64,000 nucleotides of DNA from Ascidiella aspersa (Eukaryota), in contig OZ004610.1 of NCBI GenBank assembly GCA_963924565.1, forward strand, positions 25,420,001 to 25,484,000. The letters run 5' to 3'. Each line of letters opens with the position of its first letter. The stretch's first letter is position 1. The position numbers and the translations under genes were made by a program. The notes under the pieces are model-generated. The model was not told the DNA's origin, searched no databases, and saw only the letters and a list, made by a program, of their open reading frames with translations. This document shows, piece by piece, positions 50,969 to 63,635 of the stretch.

Positions 50969-51558
50969 CAGGGATTGAACCGGAATCCAATTGAAACTTT
51001 ATGAACCGGTTTTAGGTCATTTTAACGAACTGTAGCCGAACCTGAACCGTTTTTTGTAATATTTTAAGGAACCGAACCGTAACTGAACCTAATAATTTAA
51101 AAGAACAAGAGCCTTAACCGAACCTGAACCTATTAACAAAAGCGGTTCACTCAAACATGACGTCACAACTTGAATTTTAGAGAGTCAAGTTATGCCACAT
51201 TCGAAATTGAATAAAACAAATATGAATTCTGATTAAATAAATGTTGATGTTTTGTTTTTTAGATATTTTAATATTGAGTTGCTACTTTTTTAACACGTCT
51301 CGGAACTTAGATTAAATGACTCACAATTCAAAGATTATATTCACATTTATTGACCCACATTTTTAGATTTAACGTAACTATATATTGTATCCGAACCGGA
51401 ACTTTATGAACCGGTTTTGAAATAACGATGGTCGAACCGGAGCTGAACCCGAACTTTATAATTGCTCCATACCGAAACCGGAACTGAACTGGTATCTAAA
51501 AAAATTCTTGAACCCGAACCGAATCTCAACCGGAAAAGTCAAACGGTTCGACTCCCTG
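50969..51558. mobile_element. hAT MITE with GAACCG repeats (shared with copy B at 57204-57807)
   Basis: CAGGGA...TCCCTG termini; perfect TSD gaatttag in both duplicates. Confidence 0.88.
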
Positions 51559-52423
51559 GAATTTAGTAGGGTAGGCTATAATTTTATGGAGTACAGCCCT
51601 TGGTTAATGTTTTGTCTTCTGTTAAAATTTATTAGTATTTAGTGCGAAAAGTTTTTATTCAATAAGTATTAACTGTACCCAAGAATAAAACAATTATTAC
51701 GAAATTCATTTTTTGCAAAATACGAGTAGGCTATAGACAACCCTTAAAACTTTCTGCAAGATTGAAGAAGAATAAAACAAATATAGTTCGTTGGTTTTGT
51801 GTGGATAAAGTTTTAAATAAAATCAAAATCTACCGGTACGAATCGAAATACACTGATTTAGAGGTTTAGGCCTATATAAATCCTTTTTATAACTATTTAT
51901 AAATTTCCTTTTATAATATATTTTGATCCTGTCGATCAATTCGAAAGTTCCAGTTCAACCCTTGTTTGACCGAAGATATTATCAAAACCGGTTCACAAAG
52001 TACCGCTTTGCCAAAAATTACAACATTGTAAACCCATGTTTAATCCAAGGCGTAAAAAATATATGTAAAATGCGGATAAAAAAATAAAACGAGTCAGTAA
52101 CTTACAAAATCACTAAACACTAAAAATGCGCTGCTGTTAACGAATGGGCTTTTGCAGTCATCTTTCAGTCTACTGTTGAAGCCTTTATCTCGTTTTCGTC
52201 AGTTACCCGAGCTATTGTTGGGTTAATTGTTTGCATAGCGTATAAACAAAATATGACTTACGAAGCAACAATATCTAATTGAGAATACCATAGCATTAAA
52301 CACAACGACATAATAAGGCCAAATGATCAGATATTAACCATGGCAGAACACGATATAGAATCGTTAAAATAAGACCTAAACCGGTCGAGATACGTCCTAA
52401 ATATAAAAGAGTAGGGCGTAATT

Positions 52424-53465
52424 CAGTGGTTCTCAAACCTTTTTGAGCGCGACCCAAATCCGAGAAATCTTTTGTGAATATCTCACGACCCAATCCTCAA
52501 ACATTAAAAAATTTTTTTTTTTTTGATATGCATGAAATAGAAAAGGACACAGACAACCAGAGGTAGTATACAGTTTCGATGAAACAATGATTATTACAAA
52601 CATATGATTTATTTATTTTAGTGTGATTAATAAAACTGAAAATTTTCTTTCATAATGTCTTCGATGCACGGCTCTATTTTCGAGAGCGCAATGCGAAGAT
52701 CGTCACCTGGATCGACGCGATTGTTAGCCTTTGTTTTGGTAACCGTCAGTTCCCTAAATCCTTGCTCGCACAGATAGGTGGTCTCAAATGGGAGCAGAAA
52801 AGTCTTTGCTTCGTTGCCAATTATTGGCTATTTCTTTTCAACCGAACACCAGAATTCTACAAGCGACGCTGTGGGATAAAGGGTCGTGATATAGTTAGAT
52901 AAGCCCTTACCGTAGCCTCCTGCAATATCCTCTGATAAGCCATCAACCTTTGCAATGAACGGGGTTTCTGACCTAAACCTGAGATCTCAGATTTATATCC
53001 GGGATGTAGTGATCGAACTACGTGATAATGTTTTCTAAATGCACCAATAAGATAGGTTTGATGAAATCAGATCAGCTAATTGCAATTTGATTCCATTCCG
53101 CTTCTCGCTGCTGATTTCAAGCTGCGGATGTTTTGTTTTTCTCCTTAGATTCGTTCGACAATACTTCATGACAAAGCACTATGATCATTAATAGAAGTGA
53201 ATACCAAATTTAAAAAAATTCTTCGTAGGAATACACTTTCTCACTTGCTCAAAGTTTTTTTTAGTTTTTTTTTTGAGCATTTTTAGTTTTATTAGACTGT
53301 AAAATTAACTACAAGTATTTCCAACCAAAAAAATGTTAATTGAAATTCTGTGTTTGAACTGAGAGATTTAAAATGGCATTGGACAAAGTAGCATTTTTTG
53401 TAAAATCAAAATTAGATATGAATTATCCACATTTTGCTCAAACAAGCCAAACTTAAAAAAAAAAA
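52424..53465 (-). mobile_element. Truncated Buster hAT element (copy A counterpart of 58655-60257)
   Basis: Left TIR CAGTGGTTCTCAAAC; transposase C-terminal relic at ~52620-52950 (LLPFETTYLCEQGF); right part deleted relative to copy B. Confidence 0.8.
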
Positions 53466-54030
53466 TTTAAAACTAAAAGGAAGACGAAAATAAGTTTGCA
53501 CTAAATATTTTCCTGCACCATAATATACTGTATACAGTTGTAACGTCGTGCTCGAGTGAACCGTATTTTGACCTGTTAGGGTTAGGTTAAGTTTCGAATG
53601 ACCCTAAAACATTAGATTCATTTTTCGTTTTCAAATGAAATCTGTTCAGGTTCGACAACGGTTCAAGTAAAACAGCCCCAAAACCGGAAAGTTCCGGTTT
53701 GTATTCGATTCGAAATTGCGACCTGTTTAAAATCGTATACCTGCACCAGATATTGTAGAATTGTATGCGGCTTATCGCCTAAATATAAATACCATATAAT
53801 ATATCTTCATTTCTATATGGCGCATAATAAAATAGTGCTTTAAAAAGTTTAAATGATTTATTTTGTTTGTGCTTCGTCGCCTGTCTTTCTCATTCAAAAT
53901 ATAAAATGTTATCACTTATCAGACCTGAAGAAAGAACCTTTTACTTGCATTGTTTGTAAAAGCGAGACTCATTCACTTTCGGAAGAGTTAGATTGGATTG
54001 AAAACGGAGAATACGTTATTTTACTCGCGA

Positions 54031-54068
54031 TCACCTTGACCGGCGACGCGCGCTCCATCTTTTTATAT
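54031..54068 (+). promoter_or_regulatory. Candidate type-3 Pol III promoter (PSE-like + TATA), copy A
   Basis: TCACCTTGAC at 54031 resembles the metazoan PSE core TCACCnTnA; TTTATAT at 54062-54068. The ~60-bp block is identical in copy B (PSE 63579, TATA ~63610-63616). Confidence 0.5.
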
Positions 54069-54087
54069 CAAGTTCAACGGGAGCTTT

Positions 54088-54378
54088 GGTGTGGGGCCCG
54101 TCAGACTCGGATGGAACCTCGCTGCCGGCGCGTCTGGTCGACAATGCTTGATGTGTGTTTGTGTTGGCCTTACGTTAGATCAACATCAAATTATTGTCGA
54201 TCGATTAAACATGGCCGGCGCGAAATGCGTTCAACGTCGAAATTCCGACATACGATACTTGTCATTGTCAACGCCAGGAATGTTGATAGCTGACCCATTT
54301 ACCTTGTCTAAAGCCTTGCGCACTGGTGCTTTATGGAATACTGGACTTGCCTTGATTGCAATGAAGGGGACACGTTTT
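54088..54378 (+). ncRNA. Putative ~290-nt structured Pol III RNA (7SK-like or novel), copy A
   Basis: Follows PSE/TATA-like motifs and ends at the first TTTT (54375-54378). Stems by eye: 54089-54097/54313-54321, 54137-54146/54263-54272, 54161-54169/54213-54221, GATC(54178)/GATC(54199) hairpin, and two 3' hairpins. Identity not established. Confidence 0.5.
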
Positions 54379-55129
54379 AGATTTGCTTATTTGAAGCAGT
54401 GTTTCTCGAGCCCTGATTCGCGACTAAAAACTGGGCCGCCTTTGGAGTCGGTTTGGTTTCTACTAGCATTGTTCGTATTCTATTGTTTGATTTGATTTTG
54501 AGCAGGATATGTACAAAATGTAAGAAATCGGCAATGCATTATGAAAAAAACGGTGCATATTAAATAAATTCTTACACATATGTACTAATCTTTTATGTTT
54601 TATTCGCTCAGACAATTAAGTTCAGAGAAGAGAGTTGAGTTGTCATTGCCAAGGCCTCGCTGTTTAACCGATTTGTATTGTTCCTACTTTTCCAATACGT
54701 CGTTGTTGTTGTTGCTGTTACTTTCCTGTTTTAATGTGCATTGTTTTACACATAGTCTGTGAAACATAAAACTTTTTACATTTTGTCTTTTAGACAGTGT
54801 TAGTGTAATAGAGCCCCAATTTTCTCAGTTTTCTCGTCTCTTTTAGAGTTCTTTACTGTCAACATTTTTATACTGCTGTGTTTGTTTCACTTCAATACTA
54901 TATTATTTCTATATTTTCCTGGATGGCAATTGTTTAGAAGATTTAGTAAGAATTTGCAAGTGAAAGATAATTACAGTCAGATATGTCACAAGTAAAAGTG
55001 TTTTAAAAGTTCGTTATTATGTTTCTTTTTTGTGCATAATAGCGTAGTTGCGAACGTAATTTGTAAGGTCATTGCAAACTTAATTTGTAGTGTTTGGAGT
55101 CCAAACTATTACGCAAACATAACAATGTG

Positions 55130-55455
55130 AACGCTTTCAATAACCTAGTTATACAACGTGATTTCCAACGTCGCATGAACTTTGCCCGGATCACACAAAC
55201 GTCTATGATAAACGTATAAGTATAACGTTGATGAACATTGTAATTAACAACGTCTAATCTACGTCGTCTAGAGTAGACACTTCTACGTAAAATTAACGTT
55301 CATTATAAACGTATAAGTAACGTAGTTGCACAACGTCGCCTCTACGTCGTAAGGTGTCGACGCTTTTACGGGAAAATGACGTTAGGCTGCAACGTCTAAC
55401 GACCAAACTTAAGCCAAAAATCTACGTCACTGCGACGTCAAATTTCTAGCTGGGG
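55130..55455. mobile_element. Partial MITE rich in AACGT/GACGT motifs in the spacer between duplicates
   Basis: Dense caacgtc/gacgt repeats ending in ctagctggg; left end not identified. Confidence 0.45.
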
Positions 55456-56208
55456 TAGGCCTCTAACTTTAAAATGACGATGCCTCACTTTACGTACTAC
55501 GTAGCATACAAGCTTCCGTTTTATAACAAAACACGTATTCTATAGTTAACTTACAATGATCAACGATTATAACGAAGAATAACGTGCGGATAATAGCAAA
55601 CGTGTTCAACATTATACAAACTGGGCTACATGATAAGCTACTTAGGATAAAAAAAATAACAACAGAAAGTGAAACATTTCGTAATTTTCTATAATCACCT
55701 GCTCAAATTTCAAAAGAAAGACAATGCTTGACCTAAATACACATATCTTTTGGAAAATAATAGAATTGTGGCAGTTGTTATCTTAAAAGGTACCTAGTAG
55801 GCTATTAATTTTTTTGATTTGTAAATGTATTGCGGGAATATTGTTTATGTAAAAAAAAATATATATATCATTTGGTTTGAATTTGATGTTCTGTTTGTAT
55901 AACATAAAACAAGTATTCCACAAAAATGTTTAATTAAGATAAGGTCGCTTTGTAGTTCATCCTTCGTTATGTTAAAATATTTGTATGTTTTAAAACTCAG
56001 GGTACGAAAGCTATGTTATTTAACAGTAATGTAATAAAACTAGTGATTGAAAAGGGTAATATAAAACGTAGACCACAACAAGCAGGAAGACTAAACATTA
56101 AGTGTACTTGAATGACGTCTAGTGCCAATCATTCGCTGAACAGGCGTCTTTGACAAGGAAATGTTGCGCTTTATGTTGTAAAATTTGGATTACAAAGATC
56201 CTATAAAC

Positions 56209-56880
56209 CAGTGGTTCTCAACCTTTTATGCTTCGTGGCCCCCTTTGAAAGGCTCTCGACCCTGGTGGCCCCCCTGCTTTTAAAAATACCAAGCATTGTG
56301 TTTAAAGTATTTTCTTTTGTTTTACTTCTTTACGTTAATAACAAATACAGCCATGTCCGCGACGCAGTTGGCAGCCTTCCACGACGCAACGGTAAATACG
56401 CGTTGATCTAGTTCAAAAGACATCATCCAAACGTAAAATTGTTCGCACTTAGGTAGTTAAAATAGTCAAAAAGTATTTGAAATGGACTCGTGTCTAGTTT
56501 GTCAAAGAGGCGGCGGGCCGAATGATTTTCATTGGCGGCCCGCGGGCCGTACGTTGCCGACTCATGGATTAGGCCAAGGGTATCGCCAAGTAATAATTAG
56601 CCGCCCGAACAAAAACGCTGACGCCGAACTGCATGGCTACGTGGCACAGTAGCCTATTGTTTAAAATCCTTACTTACTAGTCAAAGCAGGTGTCAGAAAA
56701 ATGAGTTACAAACCGTTACAAGAAAGGTTTGCAGTCATAATAAAAACACAAAATCAAGTCAACTGGTAAATTTTGAAAATAGTGACACTTGGGTGTTCGC
56801 AATATCTAGCTGGAGAGTTATGCCCGTGGCACCCCAATGACCGCTCCGTGGCCCCCCAGGGCCACGGTTGAGAAACCCTG
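56209..56880. mobile_element. Buster-type hAT MITE inserted after the duplication
   Basis: CAGTGGTTCTCAACC ... GGTTGAGAAACCCTG; perfect TSD ctataaac; empty site ctataagc at 50741-50748 in copy A. Confidence 0.93.
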
Positions 56881-57203
56881 CTATAAACATTCTTCCCATT
56901 TCCGTGAGTGGCGTTTGATTAAGGCGAAATATTTTCCCTGTGCAGGAGTAGGGTATGTGCCATGTGTGTATTAGAATTTACTTAAAATAACCGTACACCG
57001 CACAAATAAATGCCTATGAATAATGATACATACATATGTATAATAATTATACATGTGTAAGGTGCTACAAAGTCAAATATTGCGTAATAATTATATTTAG
57101 GCCCAACATAAATTATTCCATCGGCCCACGACACATTCTATGACGTAATGAGCAACAACTAACATTCAGGAGATAGGCGCCTTTGCTATGATTCAGAATT
57201 TAG

Positions 57204-57807
57204 CTGGGAGTCGAACCGGAATCCAATTGAAACTTTATGAACCGGTTTTGGGTCATTTTTTTTCCGAACTGGAGCCGAACCTGAACCGTTTTTTGTAGCC
57301 TAAGATTTTAAGGAGCCGAACCGGAACTGAATACAAAATTTAAAGAACATGAACCTTAACCGAACCTGAACCTATTAACAAAAGCGGTTCACTCAAAGAT
57401 GACGTCATAACTTGAATTTTACAGAGTCAAGTTATGCCTATGCCATATTCGAAATTGAATAAAACAAATATGAATGCTGATTTAATAAAATGTTGATGTT
57501 TTATTTTTTAGATATTTTAATATTGACTTTCTGCTTTTTTAACACGTCGCGGAACTTAGATTAAATGACTCACAATTCAAAGATTATATTCACATTTATT
57601 GACCCACATTTTTAGATTTAACGTAACTATATATTGTATCCGAACCGGAACTTTATGAACCGGTTTTGAAATAACGATGGTCGAACCGGAGCTGAACCGG
57701 AACTTTATAATTGCTCCATACCGAAACCGGAACTGAACTGGTATCTAAAAATATCCTTGAACCCGAACCGAACCTCAACCGGAAAAGTCAAACGATTTGA
57801 CTCCCTG
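57204..57807. mobile_element. hAT MITE, duplicate of 50969-51558
   Basis: Same internal sequence and TSD gaatttag. Confidence 0.88.
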
Positions 57808-58654
57808 GAATTTAGTAGGGTATAATTTTATGGAGTACAGCCCTTGGTTAATGTTTGTCTTCTGTTAAAATTTATTAGTATTTAGTGCGAAAAGTTTTTA
57901 TTCAATAAGTATTAACTGTACCCAAGAATGAAACAATTATTACGAAATTTATTTTTTGCAAAATACGAGTAGGCTATAGACAACCCTTAAAACTTTCTGC
58001 AAGATTGAAGAAGAATAAAACAAATATAGTTCGTTGGTTTTGTGTGGATAAAGTTTTAAATAAAATCAAAATCTACCGGTACGAATCGAAATACACTGAT
58101 TTAGAGGTTTAGGCCTATATAAATCCTTTTTATAACAATTTATAAATTTCCTTTTGTAATATATTTTGATCCTGTCGATCAATTCGAAAGTTCCAGTTCA
58201 ACCCTTGTTTGACCGAAGATATTATCAAAACCGGTTCACAAAGTACCGCTTTGTCAAAAATTACAACATTGTTAAATCCATGTTTAATCCAAGGTGTAAA
58301 AATTATATGTAAAATGCGGATAAAAAATAAAACGAGTCAGTAACTTACAAAATCACTAAACACTAAAAATGCGCTGCTGTTAACGAATGGGCTTTTGCAG
58401 TCATCTTTCAGTCTAGTGTTGAAGCCTTTATCTCGTTTTCGTCAGTTACCCGAGCTATTGTTGGGTTAATTGTTTGTACAGCGTATAAACAAAATATGAC
58501 TTACGAAGCAACAATATCTAATTGAGAATACCATAGCATTAAACACAAAGATATAATAAGGCCAAATGATCAGGCAGAACACGATATAGAATCGTTAAAA
58601 TAAGACCTAAACCGGTCGGAATACGTCCTAAATATAAAACAATAGTGCCTAATT

Positions 58655-60257
58655 CAGTGGTGCTCAAACTCTTTTAAGCGCGACCCAAATCTGAGTTTTG
58701 TGAACATCTCACGACCCAAGCCTCAAACATTACAAAATATATTTTTTCTGATATGCATGAAATAGAAAAGGACACCGACAACCAGATGTAGTACACAGTT
58801 TTGATGGAACAATGATTATTACAAACATGTGATTGATTTATTTTAGTGTGATTGATAAAACTGAAATTTTTCTTTCATAATATCCTTGATGCACGGCTCT
58901 ATTTTCGAGAGCGCAATGCGAAGATCGTCACCTGGATCGAGGCGATTGTTAGCCTTAGTTTTGGTAACCGTCAGTTCCCTAAATCCTTGCTCGCACAGAT
59001 AGGTGATCTTAAATGGGAGCAGAAAAGTCATTGCTTCGTTGCCAATTATTGGCTTTTTCTTTTTAACCGAACACCAGAATTCTACAAGCGACGCTGTGGG
59101 ATAAAGGGTCGTGATATAGTTCGATAAGCCCTTACCGTAGCCTCCTGCAATATCCTCTGATAAGTCACCAACCTTTGCCATGAACGGGGATTCTGACCTA
59201 AACCTGAGATCTCAGATTTATATCCGGGATGTAGTGATCGAACTACGTGATAAGGTTTTCTAAATGCTCCAATAAGATAGGTTTGATGAAATCAGATCAG
59301 CTAATTGCAATTTGATTCCATTCCGCTTCTCGCTGCTGATTTCGCACGTTGCGGATGTTTTGTTTTTCTCCTTAGATTCGTTCGACAATACTTCATAACA
59401 AAGCACTATGATCATTAATAGAAGTGAATACCAAATTTGAAAAAAATCTTTTCAGGAATACACTTTCTCACTTACTCAAAATTAGAGCATTTTTAGTTTA
59501 TTTTAGACTGTAAAATTAACTACAAGTATTTCCAACCAAAAAATGCTAATTGCAATTCTGTGTTTGAACTGAAAGACTTAAAATGGCATTGGACAAAGTA
59601 GCATTTTTTGTAAAATCAAAATTAGATATGAATTAGCCGCATTTTGCTCAAACAAGCCAAACTTCTAAAAAAAAAAAATCTAATAAAAACTCCTAACGAG
59701 TCTATGTTTGTCCTGAAATAAATAAAATGTAATAAATGGTCATGCTGATATATTAAATTTCTCATTTTGTCGCAAATTCATTTATGTTTCTCTTTTGGTA
59801 AATTTTTCTTCGCAATTTTTCGCTTTTTAAGATTTTTTGTGCAAGTTTTCCCTTTTTTGTTAGTTTAATTTCTTTTTTAACATAACATTCATAAAATTTT
59901 TCAAATAAAACCGAAAAAAGCGTAAAAACCCAAATTCCATTTGGATTTTTTTCAAAATAAAATCCAAAGGGGTTCAAAAAAAGCCTAAATTTTCAAATTT
60001 GGCTTTAAAAAATCCTAACTGTCAATCCTGTGCTGCCATCGAAACGTTCAGAAAACAACTTATGATGCAATAATCCAGGTTATTGAGTTGAAGCCAAAAT
60101 GCTTATGATGCAATAATTTAGTCATGATTGAATTGAAAATACTTAAAAAAAGGTCGCTTGCGCAAGATTAAATCACGACTCATTTTTTAGAGCGACCCTT
60201 TTTTTTGACCCTGCATGAGCCATGTTTGGGTCGCGACCCATACTTTGAGAACCACTG
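58655..60257 (-). mobile_element. Internally deleted Buster/Charlie hAT transposon
   Basis: TIRs CAGTGGTGCTCAAA / TTTGAGAACCACTG; flanks gcctaatt / gcctgaat. ORF 58843-59181 encodes a hAT C-terminal dimerisation region (EFW..LLPFKITYLCEQGF..KTKANNRL..DLRIALS..QSH) like ZBED5/SCAND3. Confidence 0.88.
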
Positions 60258-61220
60258 GCCTGAATGGAGAGAATAATACAAACTATAAAAAGAGGGTATG
60301 GGACAACTGGGAGATACCTCTCTGGCATTGACCGTTTTGGTGTCGACGTTTGTGCGCGCTGGTTTGAAAGGCGACGTTGGGGTGCCGTTGTTCTGGCAAA
60401 GGATTGTTGGCCCCTGCTGGGGTTAGGAGTGGGTATTGGGTAGGGAGATTAGGTAAAAGGTTGTATATAGGCATTATTCTGATCATTTAGGTGATATTCC
60501 GATTGGTTAAACTTAAAGTGTTATTTCCATTAACACGTTATTTCGACTATTAGCTATTATAGTCGTGTTTTGCTCATATTCTGAACTGTGTTTTATTTCG
60601 ATGTTAATGTTTCTGTTGTGACCGTAGTCCAGCGTGTAAGTCTACATACCATGGGATTCGTTATCGTCTCATATTGATCCTTTAAAGATAAAAAAGATAA
60701 TACAAATAAACAGTTGTAAGTACAGTAGAATTGTTATACATTGCTGAGCCTAATGGCAAAACTAAATTTCAAACTAAAGGAAGACGAAAATAAGTTTGCA
60801 CTAAATATTTTCCTGCGCCATAATATACTGTTTACAATTATAACGTCGTGCTCGAGTGAACCGTATTTTGACCTGTTAGGGTTAGGTCAAGTTTCGAATG
60901 ACCCTAAATCATTAGATTCATTTTCCATTTTTAAATGAAAACTTTTCAGGTTCGACAACGGTTCAAGTAAAACAGCCCCAAAACCGGTTCATAAAGTTCC
61001 GGTTTGTATTCCATTCGAAATTGCGACGTGTTTAAAATCGTATACCAGCACCAGATATTCTAGGATTGTATGCGGCTTATCGCCTAGATATAAATACCAT
61101 AAAATATATCTTCATTTCTATATGGCGCATAATAAAACAGTGCTTTAAAAACTTTAAATGATTTATTTTGTTTGTGCTTCGTCGCCTGTCTTTCTCATTC
61201 AAAATAAAAAAGGTTATCAC

Positions 61221-63395
61221 TAGGGCCATTTTGATTTTAACCTAAAAAAAAAAATTTTAACTTTATTATTATCAAATTTTAACTTTATTTTAACCTAACG
61301 AAATTTCTTGTTTGTAGAGGCCACAGTTCCTCCTTGAATTGATACCAGTTACCCAAACATAATATTACGTTGATTTCAGACCCAAGCGTAATATTATGTC
61401 GAAAAGTCGCGGGGTTTTATGGATTATAAAAAGTTCGTCGTGTTTTTTGGCGATAGATTTAGGTAGCTTGTGTTATTTTGTCCTTGTTGAAAGGGCACTT
61501 TGCTTCGATTTTCTCCACATGGTAAATTCTAATAAACAGCAAATTAAACAGTGATGAAGTAGTGTAACCCCCTTCACGCGGCTATAAAGAAATCACTACA
61601 GAAAAGTGTTTCAACTTATTTATTGTAATACAGCATCATGTAATTTTCAACATTTTCAGGCTTGAAATTTCTGTCTTTTCTGAATAGCTTTTTCAGCATA
61701 GAAAATGATTCAACTGTAGCTGATGTTGGCTGAGCTTTTTGCAGTAACGCATAAGTGGCTGGTGGAATGCTCGAGTTTGAACAGCACATTATTGTTTCCA
61801 CATCTGAATTGGCTAACCGTTGCTCGATGTAATCTCGAATTGAACAGGGATCCTCGTGAAACTGCATGTTTTTTATCACCTTGAATGCTTCTTCCATGCT
61901 GCAGTCACTAGCTTCCAAGAGTTCGACGTTGTTTGTAAGCGACTGATAGTTTGAAAGAAGGACAAGGTCTGATGCCAGCTGATTTTCGTTTATAGCCTCC
62001 ATTGCCCTGGTGACCGAAATTCCACCGCTTGCCCAGTTGTTTACAATTGGACGAACAGCAGGAAGGTGCTCACTGTAGTAAAAAGCAGCTCTAAGCCAGG
62101 TTGCCCATCTCGTAACCACAGGTAACGGAGGCGGCGGTAAGCCGGCATCACGAAAATCTTTGGACCAGTCTTTGTTTTTAACTGTTGCCGCCTTTACTGT
62201 TGCTACGACTGCGTCTATGTTTTTGAAGTACGCACGCACTCGCATTGCGCAGTTGTGCAGTAAGTGTGCTAAGTGACGTGAAAGTAGATAGAGATAAAAT
62301 TATTTAAGTGTGCTGCCGGCAAGAATCATGTATCTCGCAGCATCCGTCAAAAGCAAAGCAAAATGTTGACGCTTAGCACCGAGTTTTCGTAAGACATCGT
62401 CCACAGTGTGAATAATGCTCCTGCTGTTAATGCTACCATCACGAGCAAGACAATCAATCAGGAAGGTTTAAGTAGGAGTTTTTAGACTTCCTACAAGCAC
62501 GTTGATGTACTTTTGCCCAGCCACATCCGCCTCATCTACGACCATGACAATTTTTTTATCATATACTAAATCACGGATTTCATTTTATTTTTGCCTTGCT
62601 AGCGTGGCAACGCTAGCTCGAGCAGCAGTCTCAGAAGGCAAATTCTTTCCTGCAGTGGTAAACAAGGATTTTAAAGCTGGTTGATTAAGCTTACGTAGAG
62701 GAATGTCAGCGGAGAAAAATGCAGAAACTACCATGTCAGTAAATTTTTTCGTTGGGGCTTGTTCAATAAAAGTTTGCCTTGATTGCGATGCTTGTTTTTG
62801 CTCCAATCCAGCTTGATGGCGTTTACTATTCCTGTGGCTTTCAACAAAATGATTTTTATCGAACTTCACTAAGACCTCGCAAAAATTGCACCTTAAATCA
62901 CCTCCGGGAGTTGCATTAAATTCATCAGGAAAATCTCTACATATCTGTCTAACTTTTGCTGAAGACGATTTAGCTTGCTTAGCCATTTTTGTATTACACA
63001 ATGTTAGTAGGCTATTTCTAATATCCAAACTGTTAATCTTCGAAAAGACCACGTTTATGAAGAGGAATTGTTTTATAAGAATTATTTAAATACGTAACAA
63101 TGAATAAACAATGGATAATTTGCGATAAAAGTTACTGCTGATCCTAGTGGGCATTGTGACATATTCCTGCTTTTATGGGTTAATATGGTTTAATTGTGTC
63201 GCAGTTCCCGATTTACAATGCTTCCAGGACGATTTTTAGAAAAAATTACTCCCAAGAAACACAAAAACTTTGTCAAATGCCATAATTTGACAAATTTAAC
63301 TTTATTACAAAATTTTAACTTTATTACAAAATTTTAACTTTATTGCAAATTTGAACTTTATTTTAACCTATAAACTTCTTAGAAACAGTTCCCTG
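61221..63395 (-). mobile_element. hAT DNA transposon with CGGBP-like transposase
   Basis: Begins TAGGGCC exactly where copy B departs from copy A; TTTTAAC(C/T)T subterminal repeats at both ends; right boundary uncertain (CCCTG at 63391-63395, no matching TSD). Confidence 0.8.
61616..62986 (-). pseudogene. Disrupted hAT transposase (BED-like zinc finger + DDE)
   Basis: MAKQAK..LRCNFC..ESHRNSKRH, SADIPLRKLNQPALK, VVDEAD, LLTDAARYM, AHLLHN, TRWATW, PTSATVESF; in-frame stops (e.g. 62585) and a lesion near 62270-62300. Confidence 0.88.
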
Positions 63396-63635
63396 TGCTG
63401 AAAACAACTTTATTCTTTGTTTCGTGGACAGACGAGTTCATTAAAAAATTACTTTATTGACTTTTCAGACCTGAAAGAAAAGAACCTTTCACTTGCATTG
63501 TTTGTTCAAGCGAGACTCATTCACATTCGGAAGAGTTAGACCAGACTGAAAACGGAGACTACGTTATTTTACTCGCGATCACCTTGACCGGCGACGCGCG
63601 CTCCATCTTTTTATATCAAGTTCAAGGGGGGCATT

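Larger units (their letters stand above)
49658..54452 (+). repeat. Segmental tandem duplication, copy A
   Basis: Collinear, highly similar sequence to 55661-63986, from aacagaaagt(a/g)aaacatttcgtaattttct through to ...ggagtcggtt. Confidence 0.93.

Noticed and set aside
54088-54378. Telomerase RNA, RNase P/MRP, SRP or U6 identity for the candidate RNA
   Set aside because: No CCCTAA-type template, no P4-forming CR-I/CR-V pair, no Alu-domain or U6 ACAGAGA motif visible.
37677-54378. Functional clustering of a CTD phosphatase (SSU72) with a possible 7SK (P-TEFb regulator)
   Set aside because: The RNA's identity is unproven and ~12 kb proximity can be chance; synteny evidence would be needed.
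53853-54495. Two overlapping plus-strand ORFs (146 and 134 aa), echoed at 63584-63989, as a protein-coding gene
   Set aside because: No recognisable domain. Copy B has frameshifting indels near 63470-63485 and a different 3' end. Openness is explained by local GC content, and Pol III signals with RNA stems fit better.
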